From Rhodospirillales bacterium (GTDB lineage: Bacteria > Pseudomonadota > Alphaproteobacteria > CACIAM-22H2), in the NCBI GenBank assembly GCA_016794005.1, contig JAEUKY010000016.1:27589-91588 (forward strand): DNA of 64,000 nt. The letters run 5' to 3'. Within the stretch, counting starts at the first letter, position 1. Every line of letters starts with the position of its first letter. The position numbers and the translations under genes are program-made. Shown here one piece after another: positions 27,113-35,871 of the stretch. The notes beneath the pieces are model-generated. The model did no database searches. It worked only from the letters and a program-made list of their open reading frames with translations, and was not told the DNA's origin.

Positions 27113-29742
27113 TGGAAGCGGCGGTCCGCACGACCTGCCCCTACTGCGGCGTGGGTTGCGGGATCGTCGCCACGCCGGACGGCAAGGGCGGAGCCGCGCT
27201 CGCCGGCGACCGCGCGCATCCCGCGAATTTCGGCCGGCTCTGTTCCAAGGGCTCGGCGCTCGACGAGACTCTGTCCCTAGACGGAAGGCTGCTGCATCCC
27301 GAGATCGACGGCCGGCGCGCCGGCTGGGGGGAAGCGCTCGATCTGGTCGCTACCCGGTTCGCCGACGTCATAAACCGTCGCGGGCCCGATGCCGTCGCCT
27401 TCTATGTGTCGGGACAGCTCCTAACGGAGGATTACTACGCGGCCAACAAGCTCATCAAGGGCTGGCTGGGGACCGCGAACATCGATACGAACTCGCGCCT
27501 GTGCATGGCCTCGTCGGTTGCGGGACACAAGCGCGCGTTCGGTTCCGATACGGTGCCGGGCAACTATGCCGACCTCGAGGCGGCCGACCTGATCGTGCTC
27601 GTCGGATCGAACCTCGCCTGGTGCCATCCGGTCCTGCACCAGCGCATCCTTGCCGCGCGCGCGAGGCGTGGCGGCTTGCCGCGCGTGATCGTCGTCGATC
27701 CGCGTCGCACCGCGACATGCGAGGGGGCCGAACTGCATCTGCCGCTCGCCGCCGGCTTTGATGTCGCGCTTTTCCAGGGCCTGCTTGCGCATCTCGATCG
27801 GGCCGGGCTCGTGGACCGGGCATATGTCGCGGCGCACGCCGTCGGCTGGGATGAAGCGCTGGCATCCGCGCAGGCCTTCGCCGATCCAGATGCCGTCGCG
27901 GCGGCCTGCCGCCTTCCGGTCGCAGACGTACGGCGTTTCAATGCCGAGTTCGCATCGACGGACAAGGTCGTGACGGTCTATTCACAGGGCGTCAACCAGT
28001 CCTCCGCCGGCGTTGACAAGGTCAACGCGATCGTGAACTGCCACCTTGCGACGGGCCGGATCGGCCGGCCCGGCATGGGGCCGTTCTCGGTGACCGGCCA
28101 GCCGAACGCGATGGGCGGGCGGGAAGTCGGGGCACTCGCCAACCAGCTGGCCGCCCACATGGACTTCGCCGAGGCCGACGTGGATCGCGTCGCGCGCTTC
28201 TGGAAGGCGCCCCGCATCGCACGCAAGCCCGGCTTGAAGGCCGTCGATCTTTTTGAGGCGGTCGGACGCGGCGAGATCGAGGCGATCTGGATCATGGCGA
28301 CGAACCCGGCCGCGAGCATGCCGGACGCCGACCGCGTAGCGGCCGCACTGTCGAAATGCCCCTTCGTCGTCGTGTCGGATTGCGTGGCGGACACCGACAC
28401 GCTGCGCCGCGCACACGTGAAGCTTCCGGCGCTGGCCTGGGGCGAGAAGGAGGGGACGGTCACGAACTCCGAACGACGCATCTCGCGCCAGCGCGCCTTC
28501 CTCGAAGCGCCCGGTGAAGCGCTTGCCGACTGGAAGATCGTCGCGGAGGTCGCGCGCCGTCTGGGTGCAGGCGAGGCATTCGCCTGGAAGGACGCAGGCG
28601 AGATCTTCGCCGAGCATGCCGCACTTTCGGCCTTCGAAAACGGCGGGACGCGCGACTTCGACCTATCTGGGCTTACCGGGACGGACTACGCGGCTTTCGA
28701 GCCGGTGCAATGGCCGGTCGGCACGACCGGCTCGGTCGAACGCATGTTCGCCGACGGCGGATTCTTCACGCCGGACGGCCGGGCACGCTTCGTGCCGGTC
28801 GCGGCACGCGGTCCGGCGAGCGTGCCGGACGCGACCTATCCGTTCGTCCTCAACACCGGGCGCGTGCGCGATCACTGGCACACGATGACCCGCACGGGAA
28901 AGTCGCCGCGACTGGCGCGTCACGTCGGCGAACCGTTTGCCGCGATGGCGCCGGGCGACGCGGCGGCCACGGGACTGGCCGACGGCGATCTCGTCCGGCT
29001 GGAAAGTCCGTGGGGACAAGCGGTGCTGCGCTTGCGCATCGACGCCGGTCAGGAAACCGGCACGATCTTCGTGCCGATGCACTGGACCGCGACCCATTCG
29101 GGAACCGGCAGGATCAACGCCTTGGTGAATCCGGCTTTCGATCCGATCTCGGGGCAGCCCGAGCTCAAGCACAGTCCGGTGCGCGTCGCGAAATGGATGC
29201 CGCGCTGGCAAGGCTTCCTCCTGGCGCGCGGTCCGGTCGACGTATCGATGCTCGAATACTGGGTTTCGAGCGCCGGCGAAGGCCATATGCGCTACGAGAT
29301 CGCGAGCGAGGCAACGCTCGATCATGCCCTGCTGTCGAAACTTGTCGGCGACGTGCCGGACCGGCTCGACTATGCCGACCGCATCGGCGGCCGGTATCGC
29401 GCGGCCGCATTCGTCGACGGCAGGCTGGCGGCATGCGTGTTCGTAGGACCCCGCGCCACGCTGCCCGACGGGGAGTGGCTGGCCCGGCAGTTCGCCGGCA
29501 ACGTGCTTCCGGCCGACCTGCGTCGGACGGTTCTGGCCGGCAGGCCGGCGGCTGCGGTCGATCTCGGTCCGGTCGTGTGCGCGTGTCATGGCGTGCGCAG
29601 CGCCACGATCGATGCCGCGATCGAAGCCGGTTGCGGCACGCCTGAGGCTATCGGTGCTGCGACGCGCGCCGGCACCAACTGCGGCTCGTGCGTGTCCGAA
29701 CTCGCGGCGCGGCTGGCCGTCGTCCGCAGGACGGCCGCCTGA
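27112..29742 (+). CDS. nasA: Assimilatory nitrate reductase catalytic subunit (molybdopterin), with a C-terminal BFD-like [2Fe-2S] domain.
   Basis: N-terminal 4Fe-4S motif CPYCGVGCG, MGD-binding domains, and a C-terminal CACHGV...NCGSCVSE BFD-type motif. TGATG overlap with the preceding gene. Confidence 0.85.
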   Translation: MEAAVRTTCPYCGVGCGIVATPDGKGGAALAGDRAHPANFGRLCSKGSALDETLSLDGRLLHPEIDGRRAGWGEALDLVATRFADVINRRGPDAVAFYVSGQLLTEDYYAANKLIKGWLGTANIDTNSRLCMASSVAGHKRAFGSDTVPGNYADLEAADLIVLVGSNLAWCHPVLHQRILAARARRGGLPRVIVVDPRRTATCEGAELHLPLAAGFDVALFQGLLAHLDRAGLVDRAYVAAHAVGWDEALASAQAFADPDAVAAACRLPVADVRRFNAEFASTDKVVTVYSQGVNQSSAGVDKVNAIVNCHLATGRIGRPGMGPFSVTGQPNAMGGREVGALANQLAAHMDFAEADVDRVARFWKAPRIARKPGLKAVDLFEAVGRGEIEAIWIMATNPAASMPDADRVAAALSKCPFVVVSDCVADTDTLRRAHVKLPALAWGEKEGTVTNSERRISRQRAFLEAPGEALADWKIVAEVARRLGAGEAFAWKDAGEIFAEHAALSAFENGGTRDFDLSGLTGTDYAAFEPVQWPVGTTGSVERMFADGGFFTPDGRARFVPVAARGPASVPDATYPFVLNTGRVRDHWHTMTRTGKSPRLARHVGEPFAAMAPGDAAATGLADGDLVRLESPWGQAVLRLRIDAGQETGTIFVPMHWTATHSGTGRINALVNPAFDPISGQPELKHSPVRVAKWMPRWQGFLLARGPVDVSMLEYWVSSAGEGHMRYEIASEATLDHALLSKLVGDVPDRLDYADRIGGRYRAAAFVDGRLAACVFVGPRATLPDGEWLARQFAGNVLPADLRRTVLAGRPAAAVDLGPVVCACHGVRSATIDAAIEAGCGTPEAIGAATRAGTNCGSCVSELAARLAVVRRTAA

Positions 29743-30647
29743 TGCGCCATTTCCCGATCTTCCTCGATCTGCGCGACAGATCGGTCGTCGTTTTCGGAAC
29801 GGGGCTGGCGGCCGACACGAAGGCCGGACAGTTGGCTCGCGCCGGCGCGCTTGTCCGGCGCGAGCGGAGCTTGGCCGTGCTTGGCGATGCCGTCCTTGCG
29901 GTGTGCGCGGATGCCGACGAGAATTTCGGAATTGCAGTCGCGGCGGCCGCGCGCGCGGCGCGCGTGCCCGTCAACGTCGTCGATCGCCCGGATCTGTGCG
30001 ATTTCGTGTGGCCCGCGATCGTCGAACGGGACCCGGTCACCATCGCGATTTCCACGGCCGGCACGTCGCCGGTTCTCGCGCGCCGCCTGCGGATGCGCAT
30101 CGAAGCGGCCGTTCCACCCGCTTTCGGGCGCCTCGCCGCATTTGCCGGCGCGCTGCGCGCGCGCGTGGCACGTGCGATACCGGACGCCGCACGCCGCCGT
30201 CTTTTCTGGGAAAGCGTGTTCGACGGGCGGATATCTTCGCTCGTCCTCGACGACAGGGACGCCGAAGCCGCGCGAGCCATCGATCGTGCCCTGCTCGGTG
30301 TTTCGGCCATCGGCGGGCAGGTCGATTTCGTCGACGACGGCGACGGCGATCCCGAGCGCCTGACGCTCGGCGCGTTACGCCGGCTGCAGGAGGCGGATGC
30401 CGTCGTCTGCGAACGCGAGACCGATCCGCGCATCCTCGACCTCGCGCGCCGCGACGCCGAACGGCTTCATCCGGCGCCGGGCACGGTCGGTATGTTGGTT
30501 GTCGATCTGGCGCGCAGGGGCAAGCGCGTCGTGCGCATCGGTGTCGCGCGCGCGGACGAGCGCAAGGCTCTCGCCGACGCCGGTATCGCTTTCGAAGTCG
30601 TTCCGGGTGCCGCTGTGGCGAGGGATCCCGTCAGGGCGCTGGGGTAA
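29742..30647 (+). CDS. Siroheme-synthase-like protein: CysG N-terminal precorrin-2 dehydrogenase/ferrochelatase domain plus a truncated, degenerate methyltransferase remnant.
   Basis: MRHFPIFLDLRDRSVVVFGTG is the CysG/Met8 N-terminal signature. The C-terminus aligns with the first ~100 aa of the SUMT domain, but the glycine loop is VDDGDGDPE rather than VGAGPGDPE, and the protein ends after FEVVPG. 301 aa versus about 470 for CysG. Confidence 0.7.
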   Translation: MRHFPIFLDLRDRSVVVFGTGLAADTKAGQLARAGALVRRERSLAVLGDAVLAVCADADENFGIAVAAAARAARVPVNVVDRPDLCDFVWPAIVERDPVTIAISTAGTSPVLARRLRMRIEAAVPPAFGRLAAFAGALRARVARAIPDAARRRLFWESVFDGRISSLVLDDRDAEAARAIDRALLGVSAIGGQVDFVDDGDGDPERLTLGALRRLQEADAVVCERETDPRILDLARRDAERLHPAPGTVGMLVVDLARRGKRVVRIGVARADERKALADAGIAFEVVPGAAVARDPVRALG

Positions 30648-31653
30648 CCGCGACCGTCTTTCCGGAGCGCGCGCTCGCCAGGATCGCCTCCAGCGTCGCG
30701 GCGATGTCGACGGACTCTTCGGGCGTGGCGCCCGTCCAGTGTGACGGGCCGTGCAGGACGAGATCCCGGAACGATTCGGCTTCGGCAAGGAAGCCGTTCG
30801 TGCCGGCCACCTCGATCGTCTCGACCGGGTCGCCGACCATGATGCCGCGCTTGATGCGCACGACGGGCGGTCCGCCCAGCGGCGGATGGTTGAGATACGT
30901 CGTCTCGATCGTGCCGGTATCGCCCGAGATCAGCGCGTGGCGGTGATAGCCGGTCGCGAAGCTGCACGAGATCTGCGCCATCATGCCGCCGTCGAACTCC
31001 AGCGTCGCGGCGACCGTGTTGTCCACGCCGGTCGCCGTCCATTGCGCGACGGCACTGGCCCGGACCGGCCGCCGGCCGGCAACCAGACGCACGAGGCTGA
31101 CCGCGTAGCTGCCCGCGTCGAAAAGCGCGCCGCCGCCCACGTCGGGCTTCAGGCGTATGTTCGTCGGATCCGTGAACTGCACGCCGAAGCTCGACCGGAT
31201 CAGCTGGATTTTGCCGATGGCGTTGGCTGCGACGAGTTCGGCCAGCTTTCGCGTCTGCGGCTGCGCCCGGTAGGGGTAAGCCTCGACCAGATGGATCTTG
31301 TGCTTGCGCGCCGCGGCGAACATCGCGATGGCGTCCGCCTCGGTGGTCGCAAGAGGCTTTTCGCAAAGCACATGCTTGCCGGCTTCGGCGGCACGGATCG
31401 ACCAGTGCGCATGCAATGTGTTCGGCAGCGGGTTGTAGACCGCGTCGATCGCGGGATCGGCGAGCATGGCGTCGTAGGAGCCGAAGGCCTGCGCGAGACC
31501 GGTCTCCTTCGCGAAGGCTTCGGCCTTGGCGCGCTCGCGACTGGCGACGGCGACGACCTTGACGGTCTTCGAGGGTGCCACGCCAGCGATGAAATTGCGG
31601 GCGATGGCGGCTGCACCGAGGACGCCGATGCGCAGCGGGGAGGCGCTTGTCAT
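30631..31653 (-). CDS. Gfo/Idh/MocA-family NAD(P)-dependent oxidoreductase.
   Basis: LRIGVLGAAAIARNF N-terminal Rossmann region and EKPLA motif; 340 aa. Its 3' end overlaps cysG' convergently by 17 nt. Confidence 0.8.
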   Translation of the reverse strand: MTSASPLRIGVLGAAAIARNFIAGVAPSKTVKVVAVASRERAKAEAFAKETGLAQAFGSYDAMLADPAIDAVYNPLPNTLHAHWSIRAAEAGKHVLCEKPLATTEADAIAMFAAARKHKIHLVEAYPYRAQPQTRKLAELVAANAIGKIQLIRSSFGVQFTDPTNIRLKPDVGGGALFDAGSYAVSLVRLVAGRRPVRASAVAQWTATGVDNTVAATLEFDGGMMAQISCSFATGYHRHALISGDTGTIETTYLNHPPLGGPPVVRIKRGIMVGDPVETIEVAGTNGFLAEAESFRDLVLHGPSHWTGATPEESVDIAATLEAILASARSGKTVAVTPAP

Positions 31654-31737
31654 GGTCCGGACCTAGCACGTTGTTGATTTGCGGCCGACACGTTCGCACA
31701 ATGCGCCGGTGTCGGGAAGGAAGTGCATGAGGTGCCG

Positions 31738-32931
31738 ATGAAGACGGGCAAAGAACCCGTTCTGATCGCCGGTGGGGGGATCGGCGGTCTTGCGGCCGCA
31801 CTGGCGCTGGTGCGGCGCGGCTTCGCCGTCAAGGTCATGGAGCAATCGCCCGAGCTCGGCGAAATCGGTGCCGGCATCCAGCTCGGTCCCAATGCGTTTG
31901 CAGCGCTCGATGCGCTGGGCGTGGGCGAGAAGGCGCGCGGACGGGCCGTCTATACCGACTACATGGTCATGCATGACGCGATCGACGAGTGCAGGATCGG
32001 CCTGATCCCGACGGGCGAGGCGTTCCGCGCGCGCTTCGGCAATCCCTATGCGGTGATCCACCGGATGGACGTGCACATGTCGCTGCTCGAAGGCGTGCGC
32101 GAAAGCGGGCGCGTCGAGTTCCTGACATCAACCCGCATCGAGCGCGTCGATCAAGGCGAGTCCGGCGCGACGGCGTTCGACAATCGGGGCCGGGCGCATC
32201 GCGGTATCGCCCTGGTCGGTGCCGACGGCGTCAAGTCGGTCGTACGCCAGCAATATGTCGGCGATCCGGCGCGCGTAACGGGGCACGTCGTCTATCGCGC
32301 GGTCGTCGAGCGGGACGCGTTTCCGGCGGACCTGCGCTGGAACGCGGCCAGCATCTGGGTCGGGCCGAACTGCCACCTCGTCCACTATCCGTTGCGCGGA
32401 GGCGAGCAGTACAACGTCGTCGTCACGTTCCACAGCCGCAAGCAGGAGGAGTGGAGCGTCACCGACGGCAGCGCCGAAGAAGTGCGCAGCTATTTCGGCG
32501 AAGTCTGCCCGAAGGCGCGCCAGCTTATCGGACTGCCGAAAAGCTGGCGGCGCTGGGCGACCGCCGATCGCGATCCGATCGAACGCTGGAGCTTCGGCGG
32601 CGTCACGCTGCTCGGCGACGCGGCACACCCGACGACTCAGTACATGGCGCAAGGGGCGTGCATGGCGCTGGAGGACGCGGTCACGCTGGGCGAGGCGCTG
32701 CGCGCGACGGACGACGCATTTCCCGCGGCGTTCGACCTCTACCAGCGTTCGCGGGTCGCGCGGACGGCGCGCATCGTGCTGTCGTCGCGCGAGATGGGCC
32801 GGCTCTACCACGCCAGCGGCGTGGAGCGGCTCGTGCGGAACGACCTGTGGAAAGGGCGCACGCCCGAGCGCTTCTACGACGCGCTCGAATGGCTCTATGG
32901 CTGGAAGGTCGCGTCGTGCCTGGCCGGCTGA
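31738..32931 (+). CDS. FAD-dependent aromatic-ring monooxygenase (salicylate / 3-hydroxybenzoate hydroxylase-like).
   Basis: GGGIGGLAAALAL and GDAAH motifs. Start chosen at MKTGKEP, which has a GAGG RBS. Confidence 0.75.
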   Translation: MKTGKEPVLIAGGGIGGLAAALALVRRGFAVKVMEQSPELGEIGAGIQLGPNAFAALDALGVGEKARGRAVYTDYMVMHDAIDECRIGLIPTGEAFRARFGNPYAVIHRMDVHMSLLEGVRESGRVEFLTSTRIERVDQGESGATAFDNRGRAHRGIALVGADGVKSVVRQQYVGDPARVTGHVVYRAVVERDAFPADLRWNAASIWVGPNCHLVHYPLRGGEQYNVVVTFHSRKQEEWSVTDGSAEEVRSYFGEVCPKARQLIGLPKSWRRWATADRDPIERWSFGGVTLLGDAAHPTTQYMAQGACMALEDAVTLGEALRATDDAFPAAFDLYQRSRVARTARIVLSSREMGRLYHASGVERLVRNDLWKGRTPERFYDALEWLYGWKVASCLAG

Positions 32932-32937
32932 CGCGCG

Positions 32938-33768
32938 CTATTTGGCGTAGCCGAGCTGGCGCGAGATCTGGTCGGCCGTGGAGACGACGAGAGCGGCGAG
33001 GGCGGGCAGCCGCGCATCCGGGAAATGTTCGCGCGGCCCCGTCACGCTGATCGACGCGAACACGCGCCCGGACGGCCCGCGGATAGGGGCGGCAACGCAA
33101 CGCACGTCCGGCTGGTGCTCGCCCTCGTCGATCGCGTAGCCGCGCTTCGCGGTCAGGGCCAGTTCCTTGCGCAGCTTCGCCGCGTCGGTGATCGTCGTCG
33201 CGGTATAGGGCATCAGGCCGCCGCGGACGATCTTGTCGACGACGGACTTGTCCTGGAACGCCAGTACCGCCTTGCCCACGCCCGTGCAGTAGGAAGGCGA
33301 GATCGATAGCGTCGTCGTCCAGTTGACGGATTCCCCGCTCGGCGCGCGATGCTCGACATTGACCATGTTCGTCCCGTCGAACACGCACAGGTGCGAACCC
33401 TCGCCGGTGGCGCTTTTCAGGCGCTCCACCAGCGGGCGCGCCTCGCGGTAGATGTCGAGATTGCCGAGCACGATGCTGCCGAGTTCGAACAGGCGGATGC
33501 CCATCCGGTAGCTTTCGCGGCCGCGGTCCTGCTCCAGCAGCTTCGCCTCGCGCAGGCTGCTGACGAGCCGGTGAACGGTCGTCTTGGGCATGGCGCAGCG
33601 CGTCGAGATCTCGTTCAGCGTAAGCGAACGGTCGAAGCGCGAGAAGCAGTCGAGCACCGCCATCAGCTTGTGCATGACGTTGAGCGAGCCGCTGTCGGCA
33701 CGCCGCGCGCGCCGCACGGGTGCGGCCGCGCGTTCGGGAATGCTCTTCGGTTTTGGCGTCCTTGCCAT
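32938..33768 (-). CDS. IclR-family transcriptional regulator.
   Basis: N-terminal HTH (LTLNEISTRCAMPKTTVHRLV) and a C-terminal IclR effector domain. Start at MARTPKPK, inside the longer ORF. Confidence 0.8.
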   Translation of the reverse strand: MARTPKPKSIPERAAAPVRRARRADSGSLNVMHKLMAVLDCFSRFDRSLTLNEISTRCAMPKTTVHRLVSSLREAKLLEQDRGRESYRMGIRLFELGSIVLGNLDIYREARPLVERLKSATGEGSHLCVFDGTNMVNVEHRAPSGESVNWTTTLSISPSYCTGVGKAVLAFQDKSVVDKIVRGGLMPYTATTITDAAKLRKELALTAKRGYAIDEGEHQPDVRCVAAPIRGPSGRVFASISVTGPREHFPDARLPALAALVVSTADQISRQLGYAK

Positions 33769-33881
33769 ACGTATGATTCCCGCTGCCGCCTCGTCCTTGC
33801 GCGCCGCCCTATAGCGCAGGCGGCAGCGCGTTGGAAACCGGAATCGGATTGACAAGCCCGTCCGGCACCACATAGATAGCA

Positions 33882-33898
33882 ATTCCGTAATACGGAAT
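33882..33898. promoter_or_regulatory. Perfect palindrome ATTCCGTA-A-TACGGAAT in the divergent IclR/aldolase intergenic region (candidate IclR operator).
   Basis: 17-bp inverted repeat read directly. It lies in the AT-rich region between the divergent promoters. Confidence 0.4.
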
Positions 33899-33944
33899 AA
33901 AGGTCCGAATGAATCGGGCCGGCACATCCAGCGAGGAACGCGAC

Positions 33945-35000
33945 ATGAAGCTTTCGGCGGGCAAACTGCGCGGCATCCGCCGCCTTGCGGGACCGGACGG
34001 CCGGTTCAAGATGGTCGCCATCGACCAGCGCCCGCCGCTGCTGAAGGGCCTTGCGCCGAAGCTGGCGCCGCGGGCACCCGGCTATGCCGATCTCGCCGAA
34101 GTGAAGACCCTGCTGGCTTCGAAGCTGGCGGCCGACGGGTCGGCGATCCTCGTCGATCCGGACTACGGCTACAGCCTTGCGCAAGGCGTGATCCCCGCCG
34201 ACCGCGGCATGCTGATAACGCTCGAGGATTTCAACTTCGAGGACACGCCCGGCGGCCGCAAGACGGGCGTCATGAAGGGCTGGAGCGTGGGCAAGATCAA
34301 GCGGATGGGCGCCGACGGCGTCAAGCTGCTGCTCTGGTACCGACCGGATGCGGCGAAGGATGTCGTCGCCCACCAGCAGAAGCTCGTGCGCGACGTCGGC
34401 GACGCGTGCCGCAAGTACGACCTTCCGCTGCTGCTGGAACTTCTCGTCTATCCGTTCAAGGGAGCCGACGGCCACACGACGGATTACACCGAGGACAGCC
34501 GCAAGTATCCGGAACTGGTTCTGCAGAGCCTGCGCGATTTCGCCGGACCTGAGTACGGCGTCGACATCTACAAGCTCGAAAGCCCGCTCGTCGCGGGCGA
34601 CCTGCCGGATCCGGCGAAAGATTCGCCCGAGACGCGCGCCGCCCAGGCCCAGTTCGACGCGATCGGAAAGATCATCGACCGGCCGTGGGTGATGCTGAGC
34701 GCCGGCGCCAGCATGGACGTGTTCCGCCGCGTGCTGACCTACGCCTATCGGGCCGGAGCGAACGGCTATCTCGCGGGGCGCGCGATCTGGTGGCCCGCAT
34801 TCGAGCTTTTTCCGGATCGCGCGGCGATGGCCGCGAAGCTCGATACGCAGGCGCGCGGCTACATGACCGAGATCAACCGTCTGACGGCCGATCTGGCCCG
34901 GCCGTGGATGCAGGCCCCGTGCATGGGCGGCAGTGCCGAGCTCGCCGCCGCCGGGCACGATTTCCCGTCCGCCTATCCCGCGTTCGAACAGGCCGTCTGA
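33945..35000 (+). CDS. LacD-family class I aldolase (tagatose-1,6-bisphosphate / sulfofructose-phosphate aldolase family).
   Basis: Blocks AIDQRPPLLK, ILVDPDYG, GKIKRMGADGVKLLLWY, PLLLELLVYP, GVDIYKLESP and WVMLSAGAS match my recollection of LacD-family sequences (e.g. Streptococcus LacD). Confidence 0.7.
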   Translation: MKLSAGKLRGIRRLAGPDGRFKMVAIDQRPPLLKGLAPKLAPRAPGYADLAEVKTLLASKLAADGSAILVDPDYGYSLAQGVIPADRGMLITLEDFNFEDTPGGRKTGVMKGWSVGKIKRMGADGVKLLLWYRPDAAKDVVAHQQKLVRDVGDACRKYDLPLLLELLVYPFKGADGHTTDYTEDSRKYPELVLQSLRDFAGPEYGVDIYKLESPLVAGDLPDPAKDSPETRAAQAQFDAIGKIIDRPWVMLSAGASMDVFRRVLTYAYRAGANGYLAGRAIWWPAFELFPDRAAMAAKLDTQARGYMTEINRLTADLARPWMQAPCMGGSAELAAAGHDFPSAYPAFEQAV

Positions 35001-35018
35001 ACCGAAGGAAATCCGACA

Positions 35019-35783
35019 ATGCTGACCGACCTCAAGGGCAAGCGCGCGATCGTCACCGGGGCCAGCACGGGCATGGGGGCGGCGATCGCCGCCGCCTATG
35101 CGAAGTACGGTGTGCGCGTCGTCGTGCATTACAACGCGAGCGAAAAGGAAGCGCGCGCCGTCGTCGCAGCCATCGCTAAGGCGGGCGGGGAGGCGCATGC
35201 CGTGCGCGCCGATCTCACGCGCACCGCCGATGCCGGCCGCCTGGTCGCCGAGAGCGTGGCCGCACTCGGCGGTATCGACATCCTCGTCAACAACGCGGGC
35301 GCGATGATAAAGCGCACGCCGCTGGCCGAGGTCGAGGACGAACTCTACGACCGGGTGCTCGACACGAACGTGCGCTCGGTCGTGATGACGACGAAGGCCG
35401 CCCTGCCGCACCTGAAGAAGGCGGGCAAGGGCGTGGTCATCAACATGAGCTCGATCGCCGCGCGCAACGGCGGCGGGCCGGGTGCGGCCCTCTATGCCGG
35501 CGCCAAGGCCTTCGTGCTCAACGTCACGCGCAGCATGGCCAAGGAATTCGCCGGCGACGGGATCCGCGTCAACGGCGTTTCGCCCGGCGTGATCATGACG
35601 CCGTTCCACGAGCGCTTCTCGACGCCCGAATGGCTGGAGGCGATGCGCAAGACCATCCCGCAGGCGCGCATCGGCGAACCGCAGGACGCGGTCGGCACGT
35701 TCCTCTATCTCGCCAGCGACGCGATGAGCGGCTACGTGACCGGCCAGACGATCGAGCTGAACGGCGGCCAGTTCATGGCCTGA
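35019..35783 (+). CDS. Short-chain dehydrogenase/reductase (SDR).
   Basis: TGASTGMGAAIA glycine motif, NNAG, and catalytic Y-x3-K (YAGAK). Confidence 0.85.
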   Translation: MLTDLKGKRAIVTGASTGMGAAIAAAYAKYGVRVVVHYNASEKEARAVVAAIAKAGGEAHAVRADLTRTADAGRLVAESVAALGGIDILVNNAGAMIKRTPLAEVEDELYDRVLDTNVRSVVMTTKAALPHLKKAGKGVVINMSSIAARNGGGPGAALYAGAKAFVLNVTRSMAKEFAGDGIRVNGVSPGVIMTPFHERFSTPEWLEAMRKTIPQARIGEPQDAVGTFLYLASDAMSGYVTGQTIELNGGQFMA

Positions 35784-35871
35784 ACCGATAGGGGGTTGAC
35801 GTAAACCATATGCCGGTGTTGAATTCCGCAATCCGGTATAGATGATAATCCGGAAATCGAGGAAACAGCCA

